Shown one piece after another: positions 35,507 to 43,670 of a stretch of DNA of 64,000 nucleotides (positions are counted from its first letter, which is position 1; each line of letters begins with the position of its first letter). Position numbers and translations under genes: made by a program. The stretch is from an uncultured Dehalococcoidia bacterium (lineage in GTDB: Bacteria; Chloroflexota; Dehalococcoidia; Lucifugimonadales; UBA3495), in NCBI GenBank assembly GCA_958296445.1, contig OY282565.1, positions 3,869,570 to 3,933,569 on the forward strand, given 5' to 3'. The notes below the pieces were generated by a model that was given only the letters and a program-made list of their open reading frames with translations, was not told the DNA's origin and did no database searches.

Positions 35507-36544
35507 TCAACGGGATACCACAATGGGCTTGCCCGTTTCCGGGTGGGGCAGCACCAGCGTTTCCGCCCCGTAGACTTGGCGGATGGCCGCCGGGGTTATG
35601 GTGGTTTCCGGAGGGCCGGAAGCGACTACCCGGCCATCGCTTACCAGCGCCACGCTGTCGCAGAACTGCCCGGCCAGCGTCAGGTCGTGAACCGCCGTAA
35701 CCAGCGTCTTGCCCGCCGCCGCCAGCTCCCGCAGCAGCCGCATAATGGCCGGCTGGTAGGCCAAGTCCAGGTTGGCCGTCGGCTCATCCAGCAGGATTAC
35801 CGGCGTCTGCTGGGCCAGGGCCATAGCGATGGCGACCCGTTGCCGCTCGCCGCCGGAAAGCTGATGCACCGGGCGATCCATCAAGTGCGCGGCGTCGGTC
35901 AGGCGTAGCGCTTCGATGGCGATTTCCACGTCGTTGGCGGATTCCCAAGCCAGCAGTCCCAAGTGGGGGTTGCGGCCCATCAGCGTCACCTCCAGAGCCG
36001 ACGCGCCGCGGGGCAGCTCCGGGTTTTGCGGAACCATGCCCACCAGCCGCGCCCGCTCCTTGCCGCCCATAGTGTAGACGTCGGCCCCCATTACCCGAAT
36101 CTCGCCGCGGCTGGGGCGCAAGGCCCCGGCGATGGCCCGCAGCAGGGTTGACTTGCCCACCCCGTTGGGGCCGGCCAGCGCCATCACCGTACCCTGTGCC
36201 ACCTCCAGCTCCAGTCCGCTCAGCACCTCCCGCTCGCCGTAAGCCGCGAAAACGCCCGCAGCCCGGATGCCCGGCATGGCGGCATGGGCGCCGTTGGCCC
36301 GTCCTTCGACAAGCTCAGGATGGGCGGACACCCCCGCAGGATGGGCGGCCAGCCCGGAAGGCGCGGCGAACTCGGAATGAGTCGGCGGCCCGGAATGGGC
36401 CGTAAACTCCGGGTGCGTTGCAAACTCAGGATGCCCCGCCAATTCGGGAATAGGCGGCGGGAATTTCCATTCCGTTGCCGGATTGCCGGATGCGCCGTTA
36501 GTGTTGGCGGGATGTCCGGCAGCGTTTCTTTTCATATCCGTCAT
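35507..36544 (-). CDS. ABC transporter ATP-binding protein (FepC/BtuD type); alternative start at 36277
   Basis: Walker A 'GPNGVGKST', 'LSGGERQRV', 'ILLDEPTANLD'. The first 89 aa (HPEF/HSEF/HPELVEGR repeats) translate degenerate DNA repeats and may be non-coding. The conserved ATPase begins at 'MPGIRAAGVFAAYG' (ATG 36277). Confidence 0.85.
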   Translation of the reverse strand: MTDMKRNAAGHPANTNGASGNPATEWKFPPPIPELAGHPEFATHPEFTAHSGPPTHSEFAAPSGLAAHPAGVSAHPELVEGRANGAHAAMPGIRAAGVFAAYGEREVLSGLELEVAQGTVMALAGPNGVGKSTLLRAIAGALRPSRGEIRVMGADVYTMGGKERARLVGMVPQNPELPRGASALEVTLMGRNPHLGLLAWESANDVEIAIEALRLTDAAHLMDRPVHQLSGGERQRVAIAMALAQQTPVILLDEPTANLDLAYQPAIMRLLRELAAAGKTLVTAVHDLTLAGQFCDSVALVSDGRVVASGPPETTITPAAIRQVYGAETLVLPHPETGKPIVVSR

Positions 36545-36553
36545 ATCCGTACC

Positions 36554-37681
36554 CTAAACCCCCAGCCTCCGGCGGCGCAGCAGGTAGAGAAAGAATGGAG
36601 CGCCGCAGAAGGCGGTGACCATGCCTACGGGCAGCTCGCCGGGCGCGACGATGGTGCGGGCCACCAAGTCGGCCAGCACCAGAAAGGCGGCCCCGACGAT
36701 GGCCGACATCGGCAACAGAAAGCGATAGTCCGGCCCCCAGATTAGCCGCACCACGTGGGGGGCCACCAGCCCGACGAACCCGATGAGGCCGGAAAAGGAT
36801 ACCGCCGCCGCGGTTACTAAGGTGGCAGCGGCGATGAGCAGCAGCTTCACCTTTTCCACCGGCACCCCCAGCATCGCGGCGTGTTCCTCGTTCAGTTGCA
36901 GCACGTTCAGCGTCCGGCCAAAGCCCAGCAGGATGACCATTCCGGGTACGGCGTAGGCCAGGACGATGGCGCTTTCGCTCCATTCCGATGAGATGAAGCT
37001 GCCCATCAGCCAGCTCAACACCGGGCGCAGTTCCGGGTCGCTGCGCAGAATCAGCAGGCTGGTGACCGCCCCGGTCAGCGAGGCGATGGCGACCCCGGCC
37101 AGTATCAGCGTTGTCGTCGGCGTGCCCCGCGAGTTGCGGGCGATGGAGTAGGCCACCACCACCGCGCCGGTTCCTCCGGCGAAGGCGGCGACGGGCAGCA
37201 GGCTGACCCCGGCCAAGTACATCGGAACGCCGGTGAGCAGCACGACTACCGCGCCTAGTCCGGCCCCCGAGGCCACGCCCACCAGATAGGGGTCGGCCAG
37301 CGGGTTCTTGAACAGCCCTTGATAGGCGGCGCCCGACATCGCCAAAGCCGCGCCCACCACCGCGGCCTGGGCCACCCGCGGCAGCCGCAACTGCCACAGG
37401 ATAACGTCCCAAGTCGCCGGCGCGTCCTGCGGCAGGTCAATGCCCGGCAGCCGCGCCGCCACTATCTCCACTACCGCGCTAAAGGGGATGTTCACCGACC
37501 CCTGCGTGGCGGCGAAAATGGCGGCCATCGCCAGAACCGCCAGCCCTAGGGCGATGCGCCACCACGGATAGCGCAGCCCCACCAGCCCGGCGGCCACCCG
37601 GCCGGGGTTCAGCGCCGCCCCTGAATCCCCGGCAGGGGATGACGGCACGCGGTTTCTGCCTTTCAGCCTTATGCCTGCCAC
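36554..37681 (-). CDS. FecCD/BtuC-family ABC permease
   Basis: 'GSVNIPFSAVVEIV', 'LRLPRV', 'GAALAMSGAAYQGLFKNPLADPYLVGVASGA', 'GELPVGMVTAFCGAPFFLYLL' are hallmark FecCD motifs. Confidence 0.85.
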   Translation of the reverse strand: MAGIRLKGRNRVPSSPAGDSGAALNPGRVAAGLVGLRYPWWRIALGLAVLAMAAIFAATQGSVNIPFSAVVEIVAARLPGIDLPQDAPATWDVILWQLRLPRVAQAAVVGAALAMSGAAYQGLFKNPLADPYLVGVASGAGLGAVVVLLTGVPMYLAGVSLLPVAAFAGGTGAVVVAYSIARNSRGTPTTTLILAGVAIASLTGAVTSLLILRSDPELRPVLSWLMGSFISSEWSESAIVLAYAVPGMVILLGFGRTLNVLQLNEEHAAMLGVPVEKVKLLLIAAATLVTAAAVSFSGLIGFVGLVAPHVVRLIWGPDYRFLLPMSAIVGAAFLVLADLVARTIVAPGELPVGMVTAFCGAPFFLYLLRRRRLGV

Positions 37682-37711
37682 GCGGCTATTCTCCTCGGCC
37701 CGGTCAAGGCC

Positions 37712-38224
37712 CTAATTCCCGTGCGTCCGGTTGGCGTTGCGGGATGGCGCCAGCACTTCCCGGCGCACCAGTTCGACGCCGTCAATTCCGGCGTATCTAG
37801 CCTGCATTTCGTAGAACCGGGGGTTGTCCGCCGTTGCGCCGCCGGGTTTGGGCAGATAGGCGCGTAGCAGTGTTTCCCCCTGCCAATCACTGAATCGCAC
37901 ATAGCACGATGCCAAGTCGCCGTAGGTTTCCACGAACTGGATGCCGCCCACCTCGCTGGCATCAATATGGAAGTGCCAGTTGTCGGCGCGGACGGTAATC
38001 ATCCCGCCGCTGACGTCCGGTTCCTCGATGCCGCGCGAAGTGTTTTCGCTGACCATATTCCCCGGCCCCACAATCCACATCAGCGATTCGCCGACGGTTG
38101 TAAGCTCCCGGATGATTGGCAGCGTAGCTTCCATAGCCCGACTCCTGCCCGGTTGGTGGTTGGACGGTTCCGCCATCCTGAGATTGCCGAAGGGTGCGCT
38201 GGCTATCCCGCCCGTCCTCGGCAA
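37712..38224 (-). CDS. Hypothetical protein, possibly ChuX/HutX/HemS-like tetrapyrrole-binding domain (low confidence); start uncertain (38224/38176/38134)
   Basis: 'ITVRADNWHFHIDASEVGGIQFVETYGDLASCYVRFSDWQGETLLRAYL' resembles my recollection of the ChuX/HemS pattern (FNLH...I..I.......S..FF...G....K.fL). It is embedded in the riboswitch-controlled importer operon. Confidence 0.35.
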   Translation of the reverse strand: MPRTGGIASAPFGNLRMAEPSNHQPGRSRAMEATLPIIRELTTVGESLMWIVGPGNMVSENTSRGIEEPDVSGGMITVRADNWHFHIDASEVGGIQFVETYGDLASCYVRFSDWQGETLLRAYLPKPGGATADNPRFYEMQARYAGIDGVELVRREVLAPSRNANRTHGN

Positions 38225-38284
38225 GCTCAGGACTAACGGCTGGGACTAACGGGTAATATGCCCGGCGCATCCGGCCAATGCGCT

Positions 38285-39382
38285 TTAGGGGAACAGATCC
38301 GGGTAGACCCACGCGGCCATTTCCTCTACTGCGTCCATAAACCTCGGCCCGGCCACGCTGAAGCTGTTGCCGGGGCTGAGATTGAAGATGCGCCCGTCCG
38401 CCACTGCTTGGAGACCGGACAGCGCCGCTTCGCCGGTTACGCTGGCCGGGTCGCCCATAATGATGTCGGGGTTGGCGGCCACCACCGCTTCGGGGCTGAT
38501 TTGCTGGTATCCCTCGAAGTCGGCGACGTTTTGTAGCTTCAGCAGCTCGAACACGTCGTTGACCAGCGTTTTGCTCCCCGGCGTCCACCACTCGAAGCCG
38601 TGGGAGTATATGGTGCGGGTTTCCTCGACGGACGCCATCTTTTCCCGGATGGCGGCGACGCGGGCGTCGAACTTGCTCGCGACTTCCTCAGCTTGCTCGT
38701 TGGCCCCGGTGATGGCGCCCCACATTCGTATCTGGTTGGCGACCTCGGTAAAGCCGAAGGTCAGGCTCCTGATGTAAAGCACTTTCAGCCCGGCCCGCTC
38801 CAAGTCTGCGTTGAAGCGGTCATAGAACACGAACACCAAGTCCGGCTCTAGGGCGACGATGGCCTCGATGTCCATATTGAAGGCGTCGCCCACTTTGGCG
38901 ATGGATTCGGTTTCCGGCGGGTAGGTGACATAGTTGTGGGTGCCGGCGACCCGGTGGCCCTGGCCGATGGCGAACAGCATTTCCACCGCCGCGCCGTCAT
39001 AGACCACCATACGTTCTGGCGGCTGCTCGAACTCGACGACCTTGCTGCCGGTTCCGGTGACGACCACTTGGCGCGGCTGGGGCGTAGGCGTCGGGCCGGG
39101 GGTAGCGGTGATGACCACCGGCGGCCGGGGCGTGGCCGTCGGGCCGGGGGTGGCCGTAATAATCTGCGGCATTGCCGTGGGTTCGGGCGGGGCCGTGACT
39201 ATTATCGTTTCGGGTGTGGGCGGTGGGAGCGTTGGGCCGGGCGTTGCGGTGACTATTATCGTCTCCGGCGTGGGCGGCGGGCTGGTGGGGGCGGGCGTCG
39301 GCTCGGAGCCGCAGGCCAGCAGCGCCGCGGTCATAATGGCGAGAATGGCAATCAGGGGCAGCAGGTATCGCGCTTTGGTCAC
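38285..39382 (-). CDS. Periplasmic-binding-protein type substrate-binding lipoprotein (BtuF/FecB class)
   Basis: GTG start 39382 preceded by GGGAGG. Signal/lipobox 'LLACGS'. Pro/Thr linker with the repeated 'PTPETIIVTA'. Then 'ERMVVYDGAAVEMLFAIG', 'IVALEPDLVF', typical of Peripla_BP_2. Confidence 0.8.
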   Translation of the reverse strand: MTKARYLLPLIAILAIMTAALLACGSEPTPAPTSPPPTPETIIVTATPGPTLPPPTPETIIVTAPPEPTAMPQIITATPGPTATPRPPVVITATPGPTPTPQPRQVVVTGTGSKVVEFEQPPERMVVYDGAAVEMLFAIGQGHRVAGTHNYVTYPPETESIAKVGDAFNMDIEAIVALEPDLVFVFYDRFNADLERAGLKVLYIRSLTFGFTEVANQIRMWGAITGANEQAEEVASKFDARVAAIREKMASVEETRTIYSHGFEWWTPGSKTLVNDVFELLKLQNVADFEGYQQISPEAVVAANPDIIMGDPASVTGEAALSGLQAVADGRIFNLSPGNSFSVAGPRFMDAVEEMAAWVYPDLFP

Positions 39383-39429
39383 GGGTTGCCTCCCATACAA
39401 GATACAAGGATTCGTCCGGGCGGAATCGG

Positions 39430-39700
39430 GCCCGGCGTTGGGCAACAAAAAAGCCCTGCCCCAAAGGAGCAGAGCGCACAATAGCAATCCGAGCTATGCC
39501 GGCGCCTTTCCTCGAAGGCCGAAACATCGCTACAAGCCGTGGACCGGACTCGCCCCGGTTCGGTCTGAAGCAGACCGGCCGGAACCTACCGTTGCGGGAC
39601 AGTGCTGGACTTTGACCAGCTTCCCCGTTTAATCCCCGTGAAGGGCACTCGTAGCGTCGGGTTATTCGATTGTAAAGGGCGAACCATCTGATTTCAATCA
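39430..39700 (-). promoter_or_regulatory. Cobalamin (B12) riboswitch with intrinsic-terminator expression platform
   Basis: The minus-strand RNA contains GGUUCGCCC...AUUAAACGGGGAAGCUGGUCAAAGUCCAGCACUGUCCCGCAACGGUAGG, which fits the conserved cobalamin core (AGGGAA..GGUG.AA..CC....C.G.CCCGC.ACUGU) with two deviations. A B12-box-like GAGUCCGGUCCACGGC follows, then a terminator hairpin. Confidence 0.7.
39447..39475 (-). terminator. Rho-independent terminator of the riboswitch leader
   Basis: Minus strand: gctctgctcc-ttt-ggggcagggc (10-bp stem including 2 G-U pairs) followed by tttttt. It lies ~65 nt upstream of the GTG start of the binding protein. Confidence 0.6.
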
Positions 39701-39827
39701 TAATATCCCATCCAACGGCGGCTGTCAACCGCCTGTGGCTATGCTATTTTCAACGGGGGTTGCCGGGAATGCCGGGGGTTGGGCGGCGGTTGGTTTGGTG
39801 GCGGCTGTGATATGATTCTGTGCTGTT

Positions 39828-40760
39828 ATGGCTGGTGATTATGCGGTGCAGGTGGTGGAGCTGGTTAAGCGGTATGGCGATGTGGCCGCCGTGGACGGGC
39901 TTTCCTTTGCTGTGGGGCGGGGGGAGATTTTTGGGCTGCTGGGGCCTAACGGGGCCGGGAAGACTACTACGCTGGAAATTATTGAGGGGTTGCAGCGGCC
40001 CGATTCGGGGCGGGTGCGGGTGCTGGGGCTGGACGGGGCCGCTCAGGGGCGGGAGATTAAGGCCCGCATCGGCGTGATGTTGCAGGCGTCGTCCTATTAC
40101 GAATATCTGTCGCTGGCCGAAGTTTTGTCTTTGCTGGGCGGTTTTTATCCTCGCCGCCTGCCGCCGGGGGAGTTGCTGGAGCTGGTGGGGCTGGCGGATA
40201 AGGCCCGCCGCCGCGTCCGCCAGCTTTCGGGGGGGGAGCGGCAACGGTTCGCGCTGGCCGCCAGTCTGGTCAACGACCCGGAGCTGGTCATCCTGGACGA
40301 GCCTAGCGCCGGCCTCGACCCCCTTTCCCGCCGCGAGCTGTGGGGGCTGGTGCGGCGGGTGCGCGAGCGGGGCGCGACGGTCATTGTCACCACCCATTAT
40401 ATGGAAGAGGCGGAAGAGTCCTGCGACCGGCTGGCTATCATCAATCACGGGCGGCTGCTGGCCGAGGGCTCGCCCCGGGAACTCATCAACCGCATTGTGT
40501 CGGCGGAAGGCGGGGCCGCTTATGCCGTCAAGCTGGTGACCGCCGGGCCGCTGACCGGGGCGCAACTGGACGTTTTGGGCCGCTGCGCCATAGCCGCCCC
40601 CATCGCCGACGGCAATACCTGTTTGATGCGGCTCAGTAGCCATCCGGCGGCCCTTCAAGACCTGCTGGACGAGGCCGGGCGTAGCGGCGTCGTACTGGAG
40701 CAACTGGAAATCACCCCGGTGACCCTGGAGGATGTCTTTATCGAACTTACCCGGGGTTGA
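39828..40760 (+). CDS. ABC transporter ATP-binding protein (ABC-2 type)
   Basis: 'GLLGPNGAGKTTT', 'LSGGERQRF', 'LVILDEPSAGLD', 'TTHYMEEAE'. Confidence 0.9.
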   Translation: MAGDYAVQVVELVKRYGDVAAVDGLSFAVGRGEIFGLLGPNGAGKTTTLEIIEGLQRPDSGRVRVLGLDGAAQGREIKARIGVMLQASSYYEYLSLAEVLSLLGGFYPRRLPPGELLELVGLADKARRRVRQLSGGERQRFALAASLVNDPELVILDEPSAGLDPLSRRELWGLVRRVRERGATVIVTTHYMEEAEESCDRLAIINHGRLLAEGSPRELINRIVSAEGGAAYAVKLVTAGPLTGAQLDVLGRCAIAAPIADGNTCLMRLSSHPAALQDLLDEAGRSGVVLEQLEITPVTLEDVFIELTRG

Positions 40761-40775
40761 ACGACAGAGGAGACG

Positions 40776-40908
40776 ATTGCGAAATTGCCCTTTGTCACCC
40801 TGAGCGAAGCGAAGGGTCTCGCCGCCCAAGGCAAGATTCTTCGCTTCGCTCAGAATGACAGACGGCGGTAGAGTGACAGATGGCGGCAGTAATTCCGCAA
40901 TTTTCTTA
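40776..40908. repeat. Family A MITE-like element between the ABC ATPase and permease genes
   Basis: gattgcgaaattgccctttgtcaccctgagcgaagcgaagggtctcgccgcccaaggcaagattcttcgcttcgctcagaatgacagacggcgg...gtaattccgcaattttc. Confidence 0.85.
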
Positions 40909-40983
40909 CAGATGGCACAGAGAATTTTTTGGGAATTGTAGGGGAAATCTACGGGTTCGCTGTGTTCCCTTTGGTTAATCATC

Positions 40984-42111
40984 TTGGATAATCACCTCCC
41001 GGAGGGGCGTTTGCTGGCGATTACTGTGGCTAACATTAAGATGATGGCGCGGAACCGGCAGGGGCTTTTCTGGGCCTTGGTATTTCCGTTGTTGCTGGTG
41101 ACGGTTTTCGGGCTGTTTGATTTTCGCGGCGTTACTCCTGCCGGGCTGGCGGTGGCCGATTTTTCCGGGGGGTTCAAGGCGGAGCTGCTGCGGGAGCGGC
41201 TGGCCGGGGTCGCCTTTCTGGATACCGAGGAACTGGAGCCGGAGGCGCCGGGGGCGCTGGCGGAGGCCCGGCAAAGGCTGGCCGACGGCGATTTGGGCTA
41301 CCTGTTGCTGATCCCTCCGGGGCTGGATGACCCGGCGGCGGAGAATTTGGCCGGGGCGGTGGAGCCGGTTACGCTGGTCTACGCCACCCGCAACCCGGAG
41401 CGCAACCAGCTGGTTGAGGGCGCGGTGCATAGCCTGGTTATCGAGCTGCGCTCGGACGGGCAGCCGGTTTTGCCGCAGCGTCTGGTGGCGTCGGAAGTGA
41501 TCGAAACGCCGGAGGTGGACTATTTCGACACCGTGTTGCTGGGGCTGCTGGGGCTGGGGATAATGACCAACAGCATCATATCTATAGCGGTGCGAATCAG
41601 CGTCTACCGCAACCAGGCGGTGCTGAAGCGGCTGCTGGTCACGCCTTTGCCGGTATGGAAATTTTTTGCCGGGGAGATTGCGGCGCATCTGCTGCTGGCG
41701 ATGGCGCAGGCCCTTATTATCTTGGGCGTGGGGGTGCTGGTTTTCGGGGCCAGCATCCCCGGCAACTTGGGCTGGTCGCTGGTTATCGTGTTGCTGGGGG
41801 CGGTGGTGTTCCTGAACATCGGCTTTATCCTGTCGGCTTGGGCGCGGAGTCCGGCGGCGGCGTCGGGGATGGGCAACGCGGTGGCCTTGCCGATGATGTT
41901 TCTGGCCGGGACATTTTTTTCCACGGCGTCGTTGCCTTGGTTGCTGCCCTACGCGGCGCTGGCGCTGCCGCTGACGCCGATGCTGGACGCGCTGCGGGCG
42001 GTGGCGATAAACGGGGCGTCGCTGTGGGAGACCTGGCCGCAACTGGCGGCGCTGGCGGGTTGGGCCGTGGCTACCGCGGCGGTGGCGGTGCGGGTGTTCC
42101 GGTTCAGCTAG
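40984..42111 (+). CDS. ABC-2 type transporter permease
   Basis: N-terminal TM, extracytoplasmic loop and a C-terminal 5-helix bundle ('ALPMMFLAGTFF'). TTG start; alternative starts at 41011 and 41026. Confidence 0.8.
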   Translation: MDNHLPEGRLLAITVANIKMMARNRQGLFWALVFPLLLVTVFGLFDFRGVTPAGLAVADFSGGFKAELLRERLAGVAFLDTEELEPEAPGALAEARQRLADGDLGYLLLIPPGLDDPAAENLAGAVEPVTLVYATRNPERNQLVEGAVHSLVIELRSDGQPVLPQRLVASEVIETPEVDYFDTVLLGLLGLGIMTNSIISIAVRISVYRNQAVLKRLLVTPLPVWKFFAGEIAAHLLLAMAQALIILGVGVLVFGASIPGNLGWSLVIVLLGAVVFLNIGFILSAWARSPAAASGMGNAVALPMMFLAGTFFSTASLPWLLPYAALALPLTPMLDALRAVAINGASLWETWPQLAALAGWAVATAAVAVRVFRFS

Positions 42112-42589
42112 GGGTGGCTTGGGCTTGGGCGGGGGCGCCGTAGGTTGCGCGTAGGTGGCGGGCTATGGCGCGGGTGTGGGGGTCTATGGCGCGGGTGCGT
42201 TGGGGGCGGTTGCGGGGGATGATGCCGAAAGGGGGCGCGGGTTTGGGTTTGGGGGTTAGTTCGCCGGCGAACAGGCCGGTTAGCAGGATGCCTTTGGCGT
42301 GGTTGGGGAATAGGGTTTCGGCGATTTTCAGGGGTTCGGGGGTGGTTTTGTTTTGGCGGTGGGCGTCTAGGTAGTGCTGGAGTTTCATAAAGGTGTTTAG
42401 GGGCATTACTTCTTTGGCGATTTTCAGGATGAAGGGGTGGGCTTGGGGTAGGGGTTTGTTGTCGGTTAGGGCGGTGTGCCAGTCGTGGCAGTATTCCTCG
42501 GAGATGCGGCGGAGGCGGATGACGGCTAGGGGGAAGGCGAATTTTCGGCGTAGGGCGTTGATTTGGTTGCGGATGGATTTTAGGCTCAT
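42104..42589 (-). CDS. Hypothetical protein (161 aa)
   Basis: ATG 42589 (MSLKSIRNQINALRRKF) preceded by GAGGTG. The longer track ORF (to 42820) translates the purine-rich repeat. No family recognised. Confidence 0.45.
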   Translation of the reverse strand: MSLKSIRNQINALRRKFAFPLAVIRLRRISEEYCHDWHTALTDNKPLPQAHPFILKIAKEVMPLNTFMKLQHYLDAHRQNKTTPEPLKIAETLFPNHAKGILLTGLFAGELTPKPKPAPPFGIIPRNRPQRTRAIDPHTRAIARHLRATYGAPAQAQATPS

Positions 42590-42676
42590 TGGGGGGTTCA
42601 CCTCATTAAGGGGTTGGGGATTTTTTTGTTTTTCCGGCCATTTCCCGCCGTTTCCTGCCGTTTTGGGGTTGGTGCG

Positions 42677-42722
42677 GGATTTTTTGATTTTCCTGTCATT
42701 TCCCCCCATTTTCTCCCATTTC
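42677..42722 (-). repeat. Purine-rich ~45-nt conserved motif, copy 2 (88 nt upstream of CDS 42589)
   Basis: Minus strand: gaaatgggagaaaatggggggaaatgacaggaaaatcaaaaaatccc. Compare copy 1 at 31846. Confidence 0.8.
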
Positions 42723-42844
42723 GTTGTCTGAATCGGGATTTTCGGGATTGGGGGATTGGCGGGATGGTTTTGGCAGTTTGGGGGTTCGGGTTTTTTGTTT
42801 TGGCGGACATTTTCGGGCATTTTCGGACATTTGGGTTGTTGGGT

Positions 42845-42992
42845 GGGATTCTTCGCTTTGCTCGGAATGGCGGGGGCTTGCTCAGAATGACAGGGGCTTG
42901 CTCGGAATGACGGGCGGGTTGGGATTACGGGCGATGGTGAAGGGGCTGGCGGCTTGGGGTGGGATTCTTCGCTTTGCTCAGAATGACAGGGG
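42845..42992. repeat. Family A half-sites (gggattcttcgctttgctcRgaatgRc) x2 with short internal repeats
   Basis: gggattcttcgctttgctcggaatggcgggggcttgctcagaatgacaggggcttgctcggaatgacggg ... gggattcttcgctttgctcagaatgacagg. Confidence 0.8.
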
Positions 42993-43140
42993 GGGCGGGA
43001 TTACGGGCGGGTTGTTTGGGTTATGGCACGTTTTATGTTAGGGAGTGGTTATCGGGGTTGGCAAGGGGTTGGTGTCATCAATTGCGTGGGGGGGTGCCGG
43101 GGGGTGTTGGGGATTGCCGGGTTGTTTGGGTTAGGTGTTT

Positions 43141-43590
43141 GGTCGTGGTTGCGGAGGGTGACGGGCGCACGGCTGTGCGCCCCTACGGGGTGCGGGGTAG
43201 GGCAAAAATCGCCCGGTCAAAATCCGGCCAGGGGTGCGGGGGTGGTTTTTTGTTGGGGTTCGGGCGTGGTTGCGGAGGGTGACGGGCGCACGGCAGTGCG
43301 CCCCTACGGGGTGCGGGGTAGGGCAAAAATCGTCCCGTCAAAATCCGGCCGGGGGTGCGGGGGTGGTTTTTGTTGGGGTTTGGTCGTGGTTGCGGGGGGG
43401 GTGACGGGCGCACGGCAGTGCGCCCCGTCAAAATCCGGCCAGGGCTGCGGGGGTGGTTTTTTGTTGGGGTTTGGTCGTGGTTGCGGAGGGTGTGGGCGCA
43501 CGGCAGTGCGCCCCTACGGGGTGCGGGGTAGGGCAAAAATCGCCCGTCAAAATCCGGCCAGGGGTGCGGGGGTGGTTGGGGTGTTGGGGA
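43141..43590. repeat. Tandem array, ~120-bp unit x4 (one copy shortened), each unit containing the family D hairpin gggcgcacggcWgtgcgccc
   Basis: Units start near 43141, 43262, 43382 and 43473: ggtcgtggttgcggagggtgacgggcgcacggctgtgcgcccctacggggtgcggggtagggcaaaaatcgcccggtcaaaatccggccaggggtgcgggggtggttttttgttggggtt. Confidence 0.9.
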
Positions 43591-43670
43591 TGGCGAGGGG
43601 CGGGTGTCATCAGTTGCCGGGGGTGGGGGTTGGGGCGGAAATTCGCGGCGAATTTTCCCGCTATTGGGGG

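Noticed and set aside
38997-39728. 243-aa minus-strand ORF spanning the leader region
   Set aside because: It overlaps the binding-protein gene in another frame and runs through the cobalamin riboswitch and its terminator, with Arg/Pro/Ala-rich composition.
39750-42042. Minus-strand ORFs 39750..40982 (410 aa) and 40975..42042 (355 aa)
   Set aside because: They are antisense to the well-supported ABC ATPase and permease genes and run through a family A repeat, with Pro/Arg/Gln-rich composition.
43141-43590. Possible CRISPR array (regular ~120-bp periodicity with a hairpin-forming repeat)
   Set aside because: The entire unit, including what would be the spacer, is repeated nearly identically. 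There are no unique spacers and no cas genes in the window, so it is a tandem minisatellite.
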